From the NCBI GenBank assembly GCA_031261985.1, contig JAISIR010000008.1, forward strand, positions 2,122 to 66,121: a stretch of DNA of 64,000 bases, given 5' to 3'. Below are positions 41,001 to 50,702 of this stretch, in pieces. The translations under genes and the position numbers were made by a program. How positions within the stretch are numbered: the stretch's first letter is position 1; each line of letters begins with the position of its first letter. The notes below the pieces were generated by a model, which saw only the letters and a list, made by a program, of their open reading frames with translations, searched no databases and was not told the DNA's origin. The DNA is from Clostridiales bacterium. Lineage in GTDB: Bacteria > Bacillota > Clostridia > Monoglobales > WRBX01.

Positions 41001-41465
41001 TTAATTATTCGCAAAAATCTCTTCAAACGATGACATACACAATTTAGTTGGATATATCGTCTTGATATCGTAATCTTGGTTAATAACCTCTTTTGTATCG
41101 TCATAAATTCGCGAAACAACAATAGGCACATCGTAAATTGCCTTAGCTATTTGCGAAATCATGATGTTTACGTTATCGTAATTTGTAACCGCGACAAGTG
41201 CGCGAGCCGTTTTAATGCCTGCTTTTTCCAAGACATTTACATCTGTTGCATCGGCTGCCATGGCGAACCCACTATAATCGGGAGATAGCTTGCGGAAAGA
41301 TTTCTCGTCGACATCGATTACAGTTACGTCTTTGCCTTGGTCGGATAAAAATGCAGAAATTGAGGCACCAAGCCTGCCAGAACCAACAACAATGGTCAAG
41401 TTTGAACGCTTTGTTGGCTTAGGAATTTGATTTTGATTTGATTTTTTACCATTTATATAAAACAT
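41001..41465 (-). CDS. TrkA-N (RCK-N only) protein
   Basis: VVGSGRLG, VIDVDE, ADATDVNVLEKAG, VTNYDNVN. Confidence 0.85.
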   Translation of the reverse strand: MFYINGKKSNQNQIPKPTKRSNLTIVVGSGRLGASISAFLSDQGKDVTVIDVDEKSFRKLSPDYSGFAMAADATDVNVLEKAGIKTARALVAVTNYDNVNIMISQIAKAIYDVPIVVSRIYDDTKEVINQDYDIKTIYPTKLCMSSFEEIFANN

Positions 41466-41511
41466 TTTAACACCTCTGTTAAAGTTTGCATTGGTTTAGT
41501 GTACCAGAATG

Positions 41512-41540
41512 AGTATAACGCTAAAAGTATAATTTGTCAA
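41512..41540 (-). promoter_or_regulatory. sigma-A promoter of the trkA pair
   Basis: TTGACA-N17-TATACT. Confidence 0.75.
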
Positions 41541-41571
41541 GATAAATTTATAATATTACTAAAAATTACAA

Positions 41572-41646
41572 TGTAAAGTATAATTGCTTTACTAATTTTT
41601 GATATCTATCAACATAACAATTCTTGTAAAGTTAGTTAGCTTTACA
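41572..41646. repeat. GTAAAG-N8-CTTTAC palindrome doublet (copies 4 and 5)
   Basis: Copies start at 41573 and 41626; the second contains the mnmA stop codon. Confidence 0.85.
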
Positions 41647-42726
41647 GATAATTCCTCCGCCTAAAACTATATTTTCGTCGTAAAGCACTACAGCCTGCCC
41701 ATTGGCGATATACTTTTGTTTTTCAAGGAATTCTACGCAAATTTTGTTATCGTCAACGGCATGAACAACAGCGGGGACTTCTTTAGAGTTGTATCGCACG
41801 CGCGCGTTGCACTTGATGCTGCCTTGCAAATTAGGGATAGACACCCAATTAATATCCTTTGCAATAAGTGAATTTTTATAGGTTTTATCTTCAGTTCCGA
41901 CGGTTACGATGTTATTTTTTGCATCAATATTGCAGACGTAAAGAGGAGTGGAAGATGAGATGCCAAGACCTTTTCGCTGTCCAATAGTATAATTGAAGTA
42001 ACCGTTGTGTTTACCTAAAATCTCGCCCTCTGTATTTACTATATCACCAATTTTAGGGTTAATTCCGTTTTGAGCCAAAAAATCGGTATATTTACCATTA
42101 GGAACAAAGCAAATATCTTGGCTATCGGGCTTATTGGCATTGATAAAACCATTCTCGTTAGCGATATCTCGAACATCGTTTTTTGTCATTTTACCAAGGG
42201 GAAGCAGGGTTTTGCTAAGTTGATTTTGTGTTAAATTATACAAAACATAGCTTTGGTCTTTAGTTATATCGGTAGATTTTTTTAAAAGCCAACGTTTAGA
42301 AGTTTTGTCATACTCGATTATAGAGTAATGACCTGTTGCTAGATAGTCTTGCTCGAACTTATCGAGAGTATCGAATAGCGCGCCAAATTTTACATAGCGA
42401 TTGCAATCGATGCAAGGGTTAGGAGTTATCCCGTTTTTATAACCCTCTATAAACCTAGATATTACCTCGTTTTTGAAGATGTCTTTATAGTTTAGTAGGT
42501 AAAAGGGAATGCCTAGTTTAGTTGCAACATTGCGTGCATCGTTACTATCTAAAAAAGAGCAACAAGTGCGAGAATTAGCATCGCAAGCTTCGGCACAACT
42601 AGGTGTATCCTCGGTTTCAAACATCTTTAGCATAACGCCAGAGACGTCATATCCATTTTGCTTTAATAGCAAAGTAGCGACGGAGCTATCGACTCCACCG
42701 CTCATTGCAGAAAACACTTTTTTCAT
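41632..42726 (-). CDS. mnmA: tRNA 2-thiouridylase MnmA
   Basis: AMSGGVDSS, TPNPCIDCN, ATGHY, KDQSY, DSQDICF, TIGQRKGLG. Confidence 0.97.
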   Translation of the reverse strand: MKKVFSAMSGGVDSSVATLLLKQNGYDVSGVMLKMFETEDTPSCAEACDANSRTCCSFLDSNDARNVATKLGIPFYLLNYKDIFKNEVISRFIEGYKNGITPNPCIDCNRYVKFGALFDTLDKFEQDYLATGHYSIIEYDKTSKRWLLKKSTDITKDQSYVLYNLTQNQLSKTLLPLGKMTKNDVRDIANENGFINANKPDSQDICFVPNGKYTDFLAQNGINPKIGDIVNTEGEILGKHNGYFNYTIGQRKGLGISSSTPLYVCNIDAKNNIVTVGTEDKTYKNSLIAKDINWVSIPNLQGSIKCNARVRYNSKEVPAVVHAVDDNKICVEFLEKQKYIANGQAVVLYDENIVLGGGIICKAN

Positions 42727-42778
42727 ATGTAAAAATCCTTTAAATCAAGTTATTCTGTAAACTAATTCTGTAAACCAA

Positions 42779-43288
42779 TTATTCTTTTGCTACTTTTATA
42801 AAGGTGAGCCCATAGGCTACAAGCCCGTTAATTGTACCTTTTATAATGTTGAATGCAATGATGAATGGGAGCAGCGGAATGACTGCGTTAATGGGTGTGC
42901 CTAGGAATAACGGAGTAAAAATTAAGTTCCAAATTATCATTATAATGGTCATGGCGGCGACGCCTAGGAGTATTGAAACTAGCTTGCTAAAGCGTTTATT
43001 TGCCGCGCCTAACACGATGACGAATGTCCCTGTTGCAAAAATGTGCATTATAATACCTATGATTCCGCTAGAAGAGCTTACGGTTACACCTTGGATAATG
43101 CTAGCTATTATGGTAATTATCATGCCATCTATTGGGCTAAACATTAGCGTAGAAAAGTAGATGGGAATATCGGCTGGGTCGTACTCTAAAAATGGTACTT
43201 GAGGGAGTAGTGGGAAGTGGAACAAGTAGACTAGAATTATGGAAATTGCTGCTAAAACCCCACATCGTGCTATCATTTTGGTTGACAT
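42779..43288 (-). CDS. ECF transporter S component
   Basis: Hydrophobic; FPLLP..PFLEYDPADIP; ATG at 43288 after AGGAG. Substrate not assigned. Confidence 0.85.
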   Translation of the reverse strand: MSTKMIARCGVLAAISIILVYLFHFPLLPQVPFLEYDPADIPIYFSTLMFSPIDGMIITIIASIIQGVTVSSSSGIIGIIMHIFATGTFVIVLGAANKRFSKLVSILLGVAAMTIIMIIWNLIFTPLFLGTPINAVIPLLPFIIAFNIIKGTINGLVAYGLTFIKVAKE

Positions 43289-43292
43289 AAGT

Positions 43293-44366
43293 TTACTCCT
43301 TATTGGTGTATCGTTTAAATATATTTTTATCGCTTGCAATAGCATATGCGTCGTCCCAAGAAATATCACCTTTTGCATATAAGGCAGCAAGGTATTTATC
43401 TAGGCTTATCATGCCATCTTCGCCGCCCGATTGGATAGAGTTATCGACTAAATGGATTTTATCCTCGCGGATTAAGTTGGAAATTGCATAGTTTACTATC
43501 ATAATCTCGAATGCGGCAATGCGCCCAGAATTATCGGTTTTAGGAAGAAGTGATTGAGATACAACCGCGCGCAAGGCACCTGCCAACTGAACTCGAACTT
43601 GTTGTTGCTGGCTAGGAGGATAGGCGTCGATGATTCGGTCGATAGTTTTAGCCGCGCCAGTTGTGTGTAGGGTAGAGAAGACTAAATGCCCAGTTTCTGC
43701 CGCGGTTAGAGCGATAGAAATAGAGTCGAGGTCGCGCATCTCGCCGATTAGAATAACGTCGGGGTCCTGACGAAGGATATACCTAAGCGCATCGGCGTAA
43801 TCTTTAGTATCGTTGCCGATTTCGCGCTGGTTTACTATACATTTTTTGTGTTGATGAACGTACTCAATAGGGTCTTCAAGTGTTATAATATGTTTATGCT
43901 GAGTTTCGTTAATTAAGTTGATAATAGATGCTAAAGTTGTGGATTTACCTGAACCTGTAGGACCTGTAACAAGGACTAATCCGTTTTTAAGTTTAGCTAA
44001 ATCGGCAACAGATTTTGGCAACCCAAGCTCGTCGGGAGTAGGAATTACATCGTTTAATCGGCGCATAACGGCTGCATAATTACCTTTTTGCTTAAAGGCG
44101 TTAATTCTAAAACGACCGATTCCTGTGTAGGTTGCAGCGCAATCCGCCTCGCCATGTTGCTCAAACTCGCTATATTTAATAGCCGGCAGGATAATGTGGA
44201 GTAAATTGGTAACTTCTGATTGAGCAAGAGCGTGGTCGTCGTAAGGTGTAACGCTGCCGTTAACACGCACCATAGGAGGCAGACCCACGGTTAAATGGAT
44301 ATCACTACCGCCTTTTTGTTTAGTCCATTCTAAAAGATTTCGTAAATATTCTTGCATAATTTTCAC
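43293..44366 (-). CDS. pilT: Type IV pilus retraction ATPase PilT
   Basis: SDIHLTVG, GPTGSGKST, EDPIE, LRQDPD..GEMRD, AISNLIRE. Confidence 0.93.
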   Translation of the reverse strand: MKIMQEYLRNLLEWTKQKGGSDIHLTVGLPPMVRVNGSVTPYDDHALAQSEVTNLLHIILPAIKYSEFEQHGEADCAATYTGIGRFRINAFKQKGNYAAVMRRLNDVIPTPDELGLPKSVADLAKLKNGLVLVTGPTGSGKSTTLASIINLINETQHKHIITLEDPIEYVHQHKKCIVNQREIGNDTKDYADALRYILRQDPDVILIGEMRDLDSISIALTAAETGHLVFSTLHTTGAAKTIDRIIDAYPPSQQQQVRVQLAGALRAVVSQSLLPKTDNSGRIAAFEIMIVNYAISNLIREDKIHLVDNSIQSGGEDGMISLDKYLAALYAKGDISWDDAYAIASDKNIFKRYTNKE

Positions 44367-44399
44367 TCCTAATTAAACTTCGTAATTAAACTTTCGTAA

Positions 44400-46088
44400 T
44401 CAAACCTCGTAAGAAATTTTCAGCAATTCTTCAAAGCTAGTTTCACCCTTTAAAACTAATTTTGTACAATTTGTCTTCAAAGTATCCATGCCTGTTTCGA
44501 TAGCGATTTTTTGCAGGTCGTCACTATTAGCGTTTCTTGTTATGTGCTTTCTGAATTCTGGGGTGATATGTAGAATCTCGAAAGTAGCCATACGCCCTTT
44601 GTACCCCGAGTTTGCGCAGGCCTTACAACCTTTGCCGCGATACAATTTAGTAGGCGGTTTTGGTAAATCTAAAAATTCGATTTCTTGAGGTGAGGGGGTG
44701 TAAGATTCTTTGCAATGAGGGCAAATTTTACGAACTAAACGCTGAGAAATAACGCCGACCATAGAGCTTGCGAGCAACATAGGCTCGATGCCCATATCGA
44801 TAAGGCGAATAATGGTGCTGACCGAGTTATTTGTATGTAATGTTGATATAACTAAATGTCCTGTAACAGCAGCGCGAATCGCGATTTCGGCGGTTTCGTT
44901 ATCGCGCACCTCACCAACGACAATGACATCTGGGTCTTGCCTTAAAAACGCACGAAGAGAGTTAGCAAAAGTTACGTTTGCTTTGTTATTTACTTGAATC
45001 TGGTTGATTCCGTCGATAACTGCCTCGATAGGGTCTTCGACCGTCAAAATGTTAACGTCTTCATCGTTTTTCTCGGAAATTATGGTGTACATAGTTGTAG
45101 ATTTACCCGAGCCTGTAGGTCCAGTTATAATAACCATTCCATGAGGAACAGACAGGATTTCGTCTAGTTTTTGTTCGTCGCTTTCAAGAGTTATAATTTC
45201 GTTTTTAGCGCGAAGCAAATTCTCTTTATTTATAATACGAACAACCGCTTTTTCGCCCAAAACAGCAGGGATAACGGACACACGAAAATCGTAAGTAATA
45301 TTCTCGATTTTACGAGTGAAGCGACCGTCTTGAGGGCGGCGAGTTTCGGCAATGTTCATATTAGCGGTAATTTTAAGGCGAGTGATAAGTGCAGAGAGCA
45401 AGCGTAAATCGTGGTTCATAACAGTTTTTAGCTCGCCATCTAAACGGAAGCGAATGCGAATGAAGTTGCTAAATGCTTCGATATGGATATCACTAGCAGA
45501 CATGCGCACAGCTTGCTCGATGATAGAATTTAGCATTTTAACAATTGGTGCGTTGCTTATGTTTTCTTCGATATTATCTGAATTTTCCTCAAGCTCATCT
45601 AGGTAAGCTTGTTGTTCTTTTTGATACTCTTCGGCTGCTTGAAGCGCCTCTTGACGACCATAATGTATAGAAATTGAGTTGTTAACCGCGACGGCCGAGG
45701 CGAAATATGGCTCTACTTTTAAGCCAGTGTACATGGCAACATCGTCGATAGCTACTAGGTTAAGCGGGTCGCTCATTGCAATGCGGATGGTGGTGTCGTT
45801 ACACACAAGCGGGACAAGCGAGTGTTTGCGTGCGGTGCTCTCGTTTAAAACAACAACAGCTTCGGGGCTAATTTCGTGGTCCTCGAACTCGATATACGGA
45901 ACGCCGACTATATTAGAAAGTAGCTGGATAACCTCGCCTCTGGTAAGTGATGCGATATTGAGCTGGTCTAAATTTGCAGCCATTAATTTGTTTACTAAAA
46001 GTGCGCTATTTGCTTGTTCTTCGGTTATTAAACCAAACTTTACAAATAATTCTGCAAGCTTTTTGGCGGTTTCGCTCAATTTCATCAC
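44400..46088 (-). CDS. pilB: PilB/GspE-family assembly ATPase
   Basis: ASDIHIE, RRPQDGR, GPTGSGKST, LRQDPD, CPHC...CKAC Zn motif. Confidence 0.9.
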   Translation of the reverse strand: MMKLSETAKKLAELFVKFGLITEEQANSALLVNKLMAANLDQLNIASLTRGEVIQLLSNIVGVPYIEFEDHEISPEAVVVLNESTARKHSLVPLVCNDTTIRIAMSDPLNLVAIDDVAMYTGLKVEPYFASAVAVNNSISIHYGRQEALQAAEEYQKEQQAYLDELEENSDNIEENISNAPIVKMLNSIIEQAVRMSASDIHIEAFSNFIRIRFRLDGELKTVMNHDLRLLSALITRLKITANMNIAETRRPQDGRFTRKIENITYDFRVSVIPAVLGEKAVVRIINKENLLRAKNEIITLESDEQKLDEILSVPHGMVIITGPTGSGKSTTMYTIISEKNDEDVNILTVEDPIEAVIDGINQIQVNNKANVTFANSLRAFLRQDPDVIVVGEVRDNETAEIAIRAAVTGHLVISTLHTNNSVSTIIRLIDMGIEPMLLASSMVGVISQRLVRKICPHCKESYTPSPQEIEFLDLPKPPTKLYRGKGCKACANSGYKGRMATFEILHITPEFRKHITRNANSDDLQKIAIETGMDTLKTNCTKLVLKGETSFEELLKISYEV

Positions 46089-46120
46089 TTCCTTTTGTAT
46101 GAGGTAAGAATATTTGCGTA

Positions 46121-48550
46121 TTAGTTATCTTTTTTATTAACTACGATATCGTCATCAACATAATCGACATAAATGCTATCGCCATCTTTTAGTTCGTTAG
46201 TTATTAACATGTGTGAAAGCTTGGTTTCTACATGCTTTTTGATGATTCTACGCATTGGTCTTGCGCCATATTTTATATCGTAGCCTTTTTCGACTATGAA
46301 ATCGCACAAGCTATCGCTCCACTCAACGTTGATAGACTTTTCTTTTAATCCTTCTTCTAATTCGGATAATAGAAGTTTGGCGATATCTAATAATTGTGGT
46401 TTTTCTAGCTGTTTAAACGGAATTACTTCGTCAACACGGTTTAAAAATTCGGGGCGGAATAGCTCTTTTAGGGCAGCGTTAACCTTGGTATCTATGCTTG
46501 ATTGACTAGTTTTATTAAAGCCATACGCGCCTTCTTTAGAGGTGCTCCCTGCATTAGATGTCATAATTATAACCGCGTTCTCAAAGCTGACAGCTCTGCC
46601 TTTGCTATCGGTAATCCTGCCCTCGTCTAGTACTTGCAGCAGAACATTGAATATATCGTGATGAGCTTTTTCAATCTCGTCTAACAAAATAACGCAATAT
46701 GGGTGACGACGAACCTTCTCGGTAAGCTGACCAGCGTCGTCATAACCGACATATCCAGGAGGTGAGCCGATGATTTTGCTAACGGCGTGCTTCTCCATAT
46801 ATTCGCTCATGTCAAGGCGGATAAGTGCATCTTCGCTTCCAAACAATTCGGTTGCTAATTGACGAACAAGCTCGGTTTTACCAACGCCTGTTGGACCCAC
46901 AAATATGAACGAAACAGGGCGGTGACGTGGGGATAATGCAGCGCGATTAACTCGGATTGCGTTTGAAACCGTTTTGATTGCATCATCTTGACCTATAACT
47001 TTTTTTGCAAGACGTGCATCTAGGCTCATTAATTGGTTACTTTCGTAATCGGTAATGCGTTTGACGGGAATTTTAGTCCACATCTCGATAATTTCTGCAA
47101 TATCGTGCGGATTTATAACGATATTCTCGCATTGATTCTCTAAATTATTAATTTTTTCTTCTAAATAACACTCTTTACTTTTTAAATCGGCTGCTTTTTT
47201 ATAATCGCTAATACTATCGGCTGCTGCAGCGTTTTCTTTATCCTTTTGAATATTATTAAGCTCGTTTTTAAGCTTAGCAAGCTCCCATAATTTAGTGTTT
47301 GTTAGGTTAATTCTTGAACCCGCCTCGTCTATAACGTCGATAGCTTTATCTGGCAAGAATCTATCGGAAATATAGCGTTTAGAAAGCTTAACAGCCAACG
47401 CAATTACTTGGTCGGAAATTTTAATGTGATGATGTTTTTCGTAATATGGGCGCAGACCTTTAATAATATCGATGGTTTCTTCCTCGGTAGGTTCTTCGAC
47501 CATAATCGGTTGAAAACGACGCTCTAGTGCAGAATCTTTTTCGATATATTTACGATATTCGTCTAGTGTTGTAGCGCCGATGATTTGAATCTCGCCCTTG
47601 GCTAATGCAGGTTTTAAAATATTAGCGGCAGACATTGCTCCGTCGGCATCCCCCGCTCCGACGATGCTATGAATCTCATCTATTACTAATATAATATTTT
47701 TAAACTCGCGTGCTTCGTCAATGATGGACTTCATGCGAGCCTCGAACTGACCTCTAAACTGTGTACCAGCCACGACGGAAGTTAAATCTAGTTGATAAAT
47801 CTCTTTATTCAAAAGTTTTGGCGGAACCTTATGCTCACAAATTCTAACAGCTAAACCCTCGGCAATTGCGGTTTTACCAACGCCTGGCTCGCCTACTAAA
47901 CAAGGGTTGTTTTTAGTGCGACGGTTTAAAATTTGCATCATGCGTTGGATTTCGGTATCACGGCCCACAACGGTGTCAAGCTCGCCATTGCGTGCTTTAG
48001 CGGTTAGGTTAGTGCCAAATTTATCTAGATTTTTAGGTTTGCGTTGCTTAGGCTTTACCTTGGTTGCGGTAGCTTTTACATGCTCGCTATTTTTATCGTC
48101 CATAGGGAAGCCGCCACCTATGCCCATTGGTGCGAACTTGCTAGCAAAATTGCGCAAAGCCTCGAAAGGGTTAATGTCGTCGCCACCCATTTGAGGTATA
48201 TGTGGAATTGTGGTGTCGCTTGGCTCTGTGTCCGTGTCTGCATCGGTTTCGGTTTCATCGGCATCAACATCGGTGATTTTACCAAGCATTTCTGCGCCAC
48301 CCATCTCTGCTAAGGCGTTTTCAAACTCGTCCATATCTTCCATGTCGATACTAATTCCTTCTATAATACCTCTACCTAATTCTTCAAATTCTTCTGGCTC
48401 TATGCCAATAGACTTCATGATTTCGTCGATAGGAGCAAGGTTAAGCTCTTTAGCGCAGGTTAGGCACATTCCCTCGCTACTTTGTTTGCCATTTTCTATT
48501 TTAGTGACAAAAACGACGGCTAAGTTCTTTTTACAATTAGAACATAACAT
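46121..48550 (-). CDS. Clp ATPase with N-terminal Zn finger (ClpE/ClpC-like)
   Basis: CSNC...CLTC N-terminus; two AAA modules (GEPGVGKT, GPTGVGKT); RLDMSEYME, GARPMRR. Confidence 0.93.
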   Translation of the reverse strand: MLCSNCKKNLAVVFVTKIENGKQSSEGMCLTCAKELNLAPIDEIMKSIGIEPEEFEELGRGIIEGISIDMEDMDEFENALAEMGGAEMLGKITDVDADETETDADTDTEPSDTTIPHIPQMGGDDINPFEALRNFASKFAPMGIGGGFPMDDKNSEHVKATATKVKPKQRKPKNLDKFGTNLTAKARNGELDTVVGRDTEIQRMMQILNRRTKNNPCLVGEPGVGKTAIAEGLAVRICEHKVPPKLLNKEIYQLDLTSVVAGTQFRGQFEARMKSIIDEAREFKNIILVIDEIHSIVGAGDADGAMSAANILKPALAKGEIQIIGATTLDEYRKYIEKDSALERRFQPIMVEEPTEEETIDIIKGLRPYYEKHHHIKISDQVIALAVKLSKRYISDRFLPDKAIDVIDEAGSRINLTNTKLWELAKLKNELNNIQKDKENAAAADSISDYKKAADLKSKECYLEEKINNLENQCENIVINPHDIAEIIEMWTKIPVKRITDYESNQLMSLDARLAKKVIGQDDAIKTVSNAIRVNRAALSPRHRPVSFIFVGPTGVGKTELVRQLATELFGSEDALIRLDMSEYMEKHAVSKIIGSPPGYVGYDDAGQLTEKVRRHPYCVILLDEIEKAHHDIFNVLLQVLDEGRITDSKGRAVSFENAVIIMTSNAGSTSKEGAYGFNKTSQSSIDTKVNAALKELFRPEFLNRVDEVIPFKQLEKPQLLDIAKLLLSELEEGLKEKSINVEWSDSLCDFIVEKGYDIKYGARPMRRIIKKHVETKLSHMLITNELKDGDSIYVDYVDDDIVVNKKDN

Positions 48551-48619
48551 ATTTATTCACCTCATAATTTTAAATTTTGGGTTGATATTTTGAAAGCATC
48601 TTGTAACACGTGAATCGTA

Positions 48620-48648
48620 ATTTTAGTGAGTAAAATCAAGGCTTTCAA
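48620..48648 (-). promoter_or_regulatory. Putative sigma-A promoter of the clp-pilB-pilT unit
   Basis: TTGAAA-N17-TAAAAT. Confidence 0.5.
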
Positions 48649-48665
48649 GCGATATCAATTTTTTT

Positions 48666-49250
48666 TTAATCTTTTGAATTATTACTTTTATTGGCTTCGT
48701 TTGTGGTATAATTATCGCCAAAAGTTTCTTCATAAGCAACTAAACATTCAGAAATTACTCTTAAAGCTTCGTCGCGCCCCATGATTTTTTCAACAACTGT
48801 TTCTTTGTTCTCGAGATATTTATAAACTTCAAAAAAGTGCTTGATTTCTTGGAATAAATGCACAGGAAGGTCGTGAATATCGTTATAACAGCTTAAAGAT
48901 GGGTCTTTATGCGGGATGGCAATGATTTTTTCGTCCATAGCTTCGTCGTCAATCATCTTTAACACGCCAATAGGGTAGCAATTAACTAGAACTAATGGGG
49001 TAATGGGTTCTTGACACAATACTAAAATATCTAGCGGGTCGCCATCTTTTGCATAAGTGCGTGGGATAAAGCCATAGTTAGCAGGGTAGTGGGTGGCGGT
49101 GTAAAGCACGCGGTCTAAAATAAGCAAGCCTGTTTTTTTATCAAGCTCGTATTTCATTTTACTTCCTTTAGAAATTTCTATAACAGCGGTTAAACTTTCG
49201 GGAGTAACGCGGGATTTATCTAAATCGTGCCAAATATTCATTATATTCAC
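48666..49250 (-). CDS. ppa: Family I soluble inorganic pyrophosphatase
   Basis: IEISKGS..KYE, YPANYGFIP, DGDPLD, DEKII. Confidence 0.95.
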   Translation of the reverse strand: MNIMNIWHDLDKSRVTPESLTAVIEISKGSKMKYELDKKTGLLILDRVLYTATHYPANYGFIPRTYAKDGDPLDILVLCQEPITPLVLVNCYPIGVLKMIDDEAMDEKIIAIPHKDPSLSCYNDIHDLPVHLFQEIKHFFEVYKYLENKETVVEKIMGRDEALRVISECLVAYEETFGDNYTTNEANKSNNSKD

Positions 49251-49367
49251 CTCGAAAATTGTTAAGAATAATAAGGGAGTTGATTATTTAATGCTTAATT
49301 AAGTAAATAAGCAGCTTCAGCCAACAAAAATCGCATTCTATGACTTACCTCTATCATTCCCCTATAT

Positions 49368-49396
49368 AGTATATCACAAAAAAATAATTTGGTCAA
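49368..49396 (-). promoter_or_regulatory. sigma-A promoter of ppa
   Basis: TTGACC-N17-TATACT. Confidence 0.7.
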
Positions 49397-49401
49397 GTGT
49401 C

Positions 49402-49429
49402 TTGACATATTTTATTAAATATGTAATAA
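49402..49429 (+). promoter_or_regulatory. Putative sigma-A promoter of pgk
   Basis: TTGACA-N16-AATAAT with extended TG. Confidence 0.55.
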
Positions 49430-49453
49430 TAGAGGGGGATTATCGCATTGTTT

Positions 49454-49481
49454 TTTACAATTGTGTTACAAACCCTTTACA
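49454..49481 (+). promoter_or_regulatory. Triple direct repeat TTTACA-N5-GTTACA-N5-TTTACA
   Basis: 11-bp period in the pgk leader. Confidence 0.5.
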
Positions 49482-49517
49482 ATTCAAGGTACAAACTATA
49501 AATCGAAGGAGATTTTT

Positions 49518-50702
49518 ATGAACAAAAAAACTGTTAAGGATATTAATGTTGCTAATAAAAGAGTATTATTGCGTTGCGACCTTAATGTTCCGTTAGACGA
49601 AAATTTTAAAATTACCGATGACACTCGAATAAATGGTGCGTTGCCTACTATTGATTATTTAGTGGAGCAAGGTGCGAAAATAGTTTTATGCTCGCATTTG
49701 GGGCGTCCTAAGGGCGAGGTTAACCCTAAATTCTCGCTTAAACCAGTGGCTGATGAGTTGAAAAAACGTAGTTATAACATAGTTTTTGCCTCTGATGTTA
49801 TTGGTGAAGATGCCAAGGCTAAAGCAGCTGCTTTGCAAAATGGCGAGATTTTATTGCTAGAGAATTTGCGCTTTCATAAAGAAGAAACCGATAACGACCC
49901 CGAGTTTGCTAAGGCATTGGCTGAGTTTGCCGATGTATATGTAAATGATGCGTTTGGCGCGGCGCACAGGGCACATGCTTCAACCGCGGGGGTAGCTCAA
50001 TATTTGCCAGCTGTGTCTGGATTTTTATTGCAAAAAGAGTTGCAAGTTTTAGGCGATATGTTAGAGAATCCTAAACATCCTTTTGTTGCAATAATGGGTG
50101 GAGCTAAGGTTAGCGATAAAATTCCAGTTATAAAAAACTTGATGAACATTGCAGATACTATAATTATAGGCGGGGGCATGGCTTACACATTTGCAAAGGC
50201 TTTAGGCGGCAAAATTGGTAAGTCTATTTGCGAAGATGACAAAATTGCTTTAGCACTAGAGATTATTGGCGATGCAATGGAGAAAAATGTGAGGATTGTT
50301 TTACCTGTCGACACCGTTGCTACCAAGGAATTTTCTAACGATAGCCCGGCGAAAGTGTTCTCGACTCGTGCGATTGATGATGATTATAGCGGCATGGATA
50401 TTGGTGAGAAAACTCGTGAGATATTTGCAAATGACTTACGCGATGCAAAAACCGTTATTTGGAATGGTCCGATGGGCGTGTTTGAGTTTGATAATTTTGC
50501 AAAGGGTACTTTTAAAATTGCAAAAACCTTGGCAGAACTTGATGATTGCATGACTATAATTGGCGGTGGCGATAGTGCTGCAGCAGTTAAAAAACTTGGA
50601 TATGGCGATAAAATGGGGCATATATCTACCGGTGGCGGTGCTTCGCTTGAGTTTATTGAGGGCAAGGAATTGCCAGGCGTGGCTGCGCTTAATGATAAGT
50701 AA
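49518..50702 (+). CDS. pgk: Phosphoglycerate kinase
   Basis: [48 protein letters not shown]; ATG at 49518. Confidence 0.98.
   Translation: MNKKTVKDINVANKRVLLRCDLNVPLDENFKITDDTRINGALPTIDYLVEQGAKIVLCSHLGRPKGEVNPKFSLKPVADELKKRSYNIVFASDVIGEDAKAKAAALQNGEILLLENLRFHKEETDNDPEFAKALAEFADVYVNDAFGAAHRAHASTAGVAQYLPAVSGFLLQKELQVLGDMLENPKHPFVAIMGGAKVSDKIPVIKNLMNIADTIIIGGGMAYTFAKALGGKIGKSICEDDKIALALEIIGDAMEKNVRIVLPVDTVATKEFSNDSPAKVFSTRAIDDDYSGMDIGEKTREIFANDLRDAKTVIWNGPMGVFEFDNFAKGTFKIAKTLAELDDCMTIIGGGDSAAAVKKLGYGDKMGHISTGGGASLEFIEGKELPGVAALNDK

Noticed and set aside
37079-41645. Palindrome doublets as CRISPR arrays
   Set aside because: Only two 20-bp units each, with variable centres and no cas genes in the window; kept as an unexplained repeat instead.
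48602-48617. parS-like TGTAACACGTGAATCG
   Set aside because: Three to four mismatches to TGTTTCACGTGAAACA-type sites, single copy, and the outer palindrome is broken.
49330-49362. Fluoride or lysine riboswitch upstream of ppa
   Set aside because: GGGAATGA is not followed by the complementary P1 strand, and the leader is too short for a lysine riboswitch.
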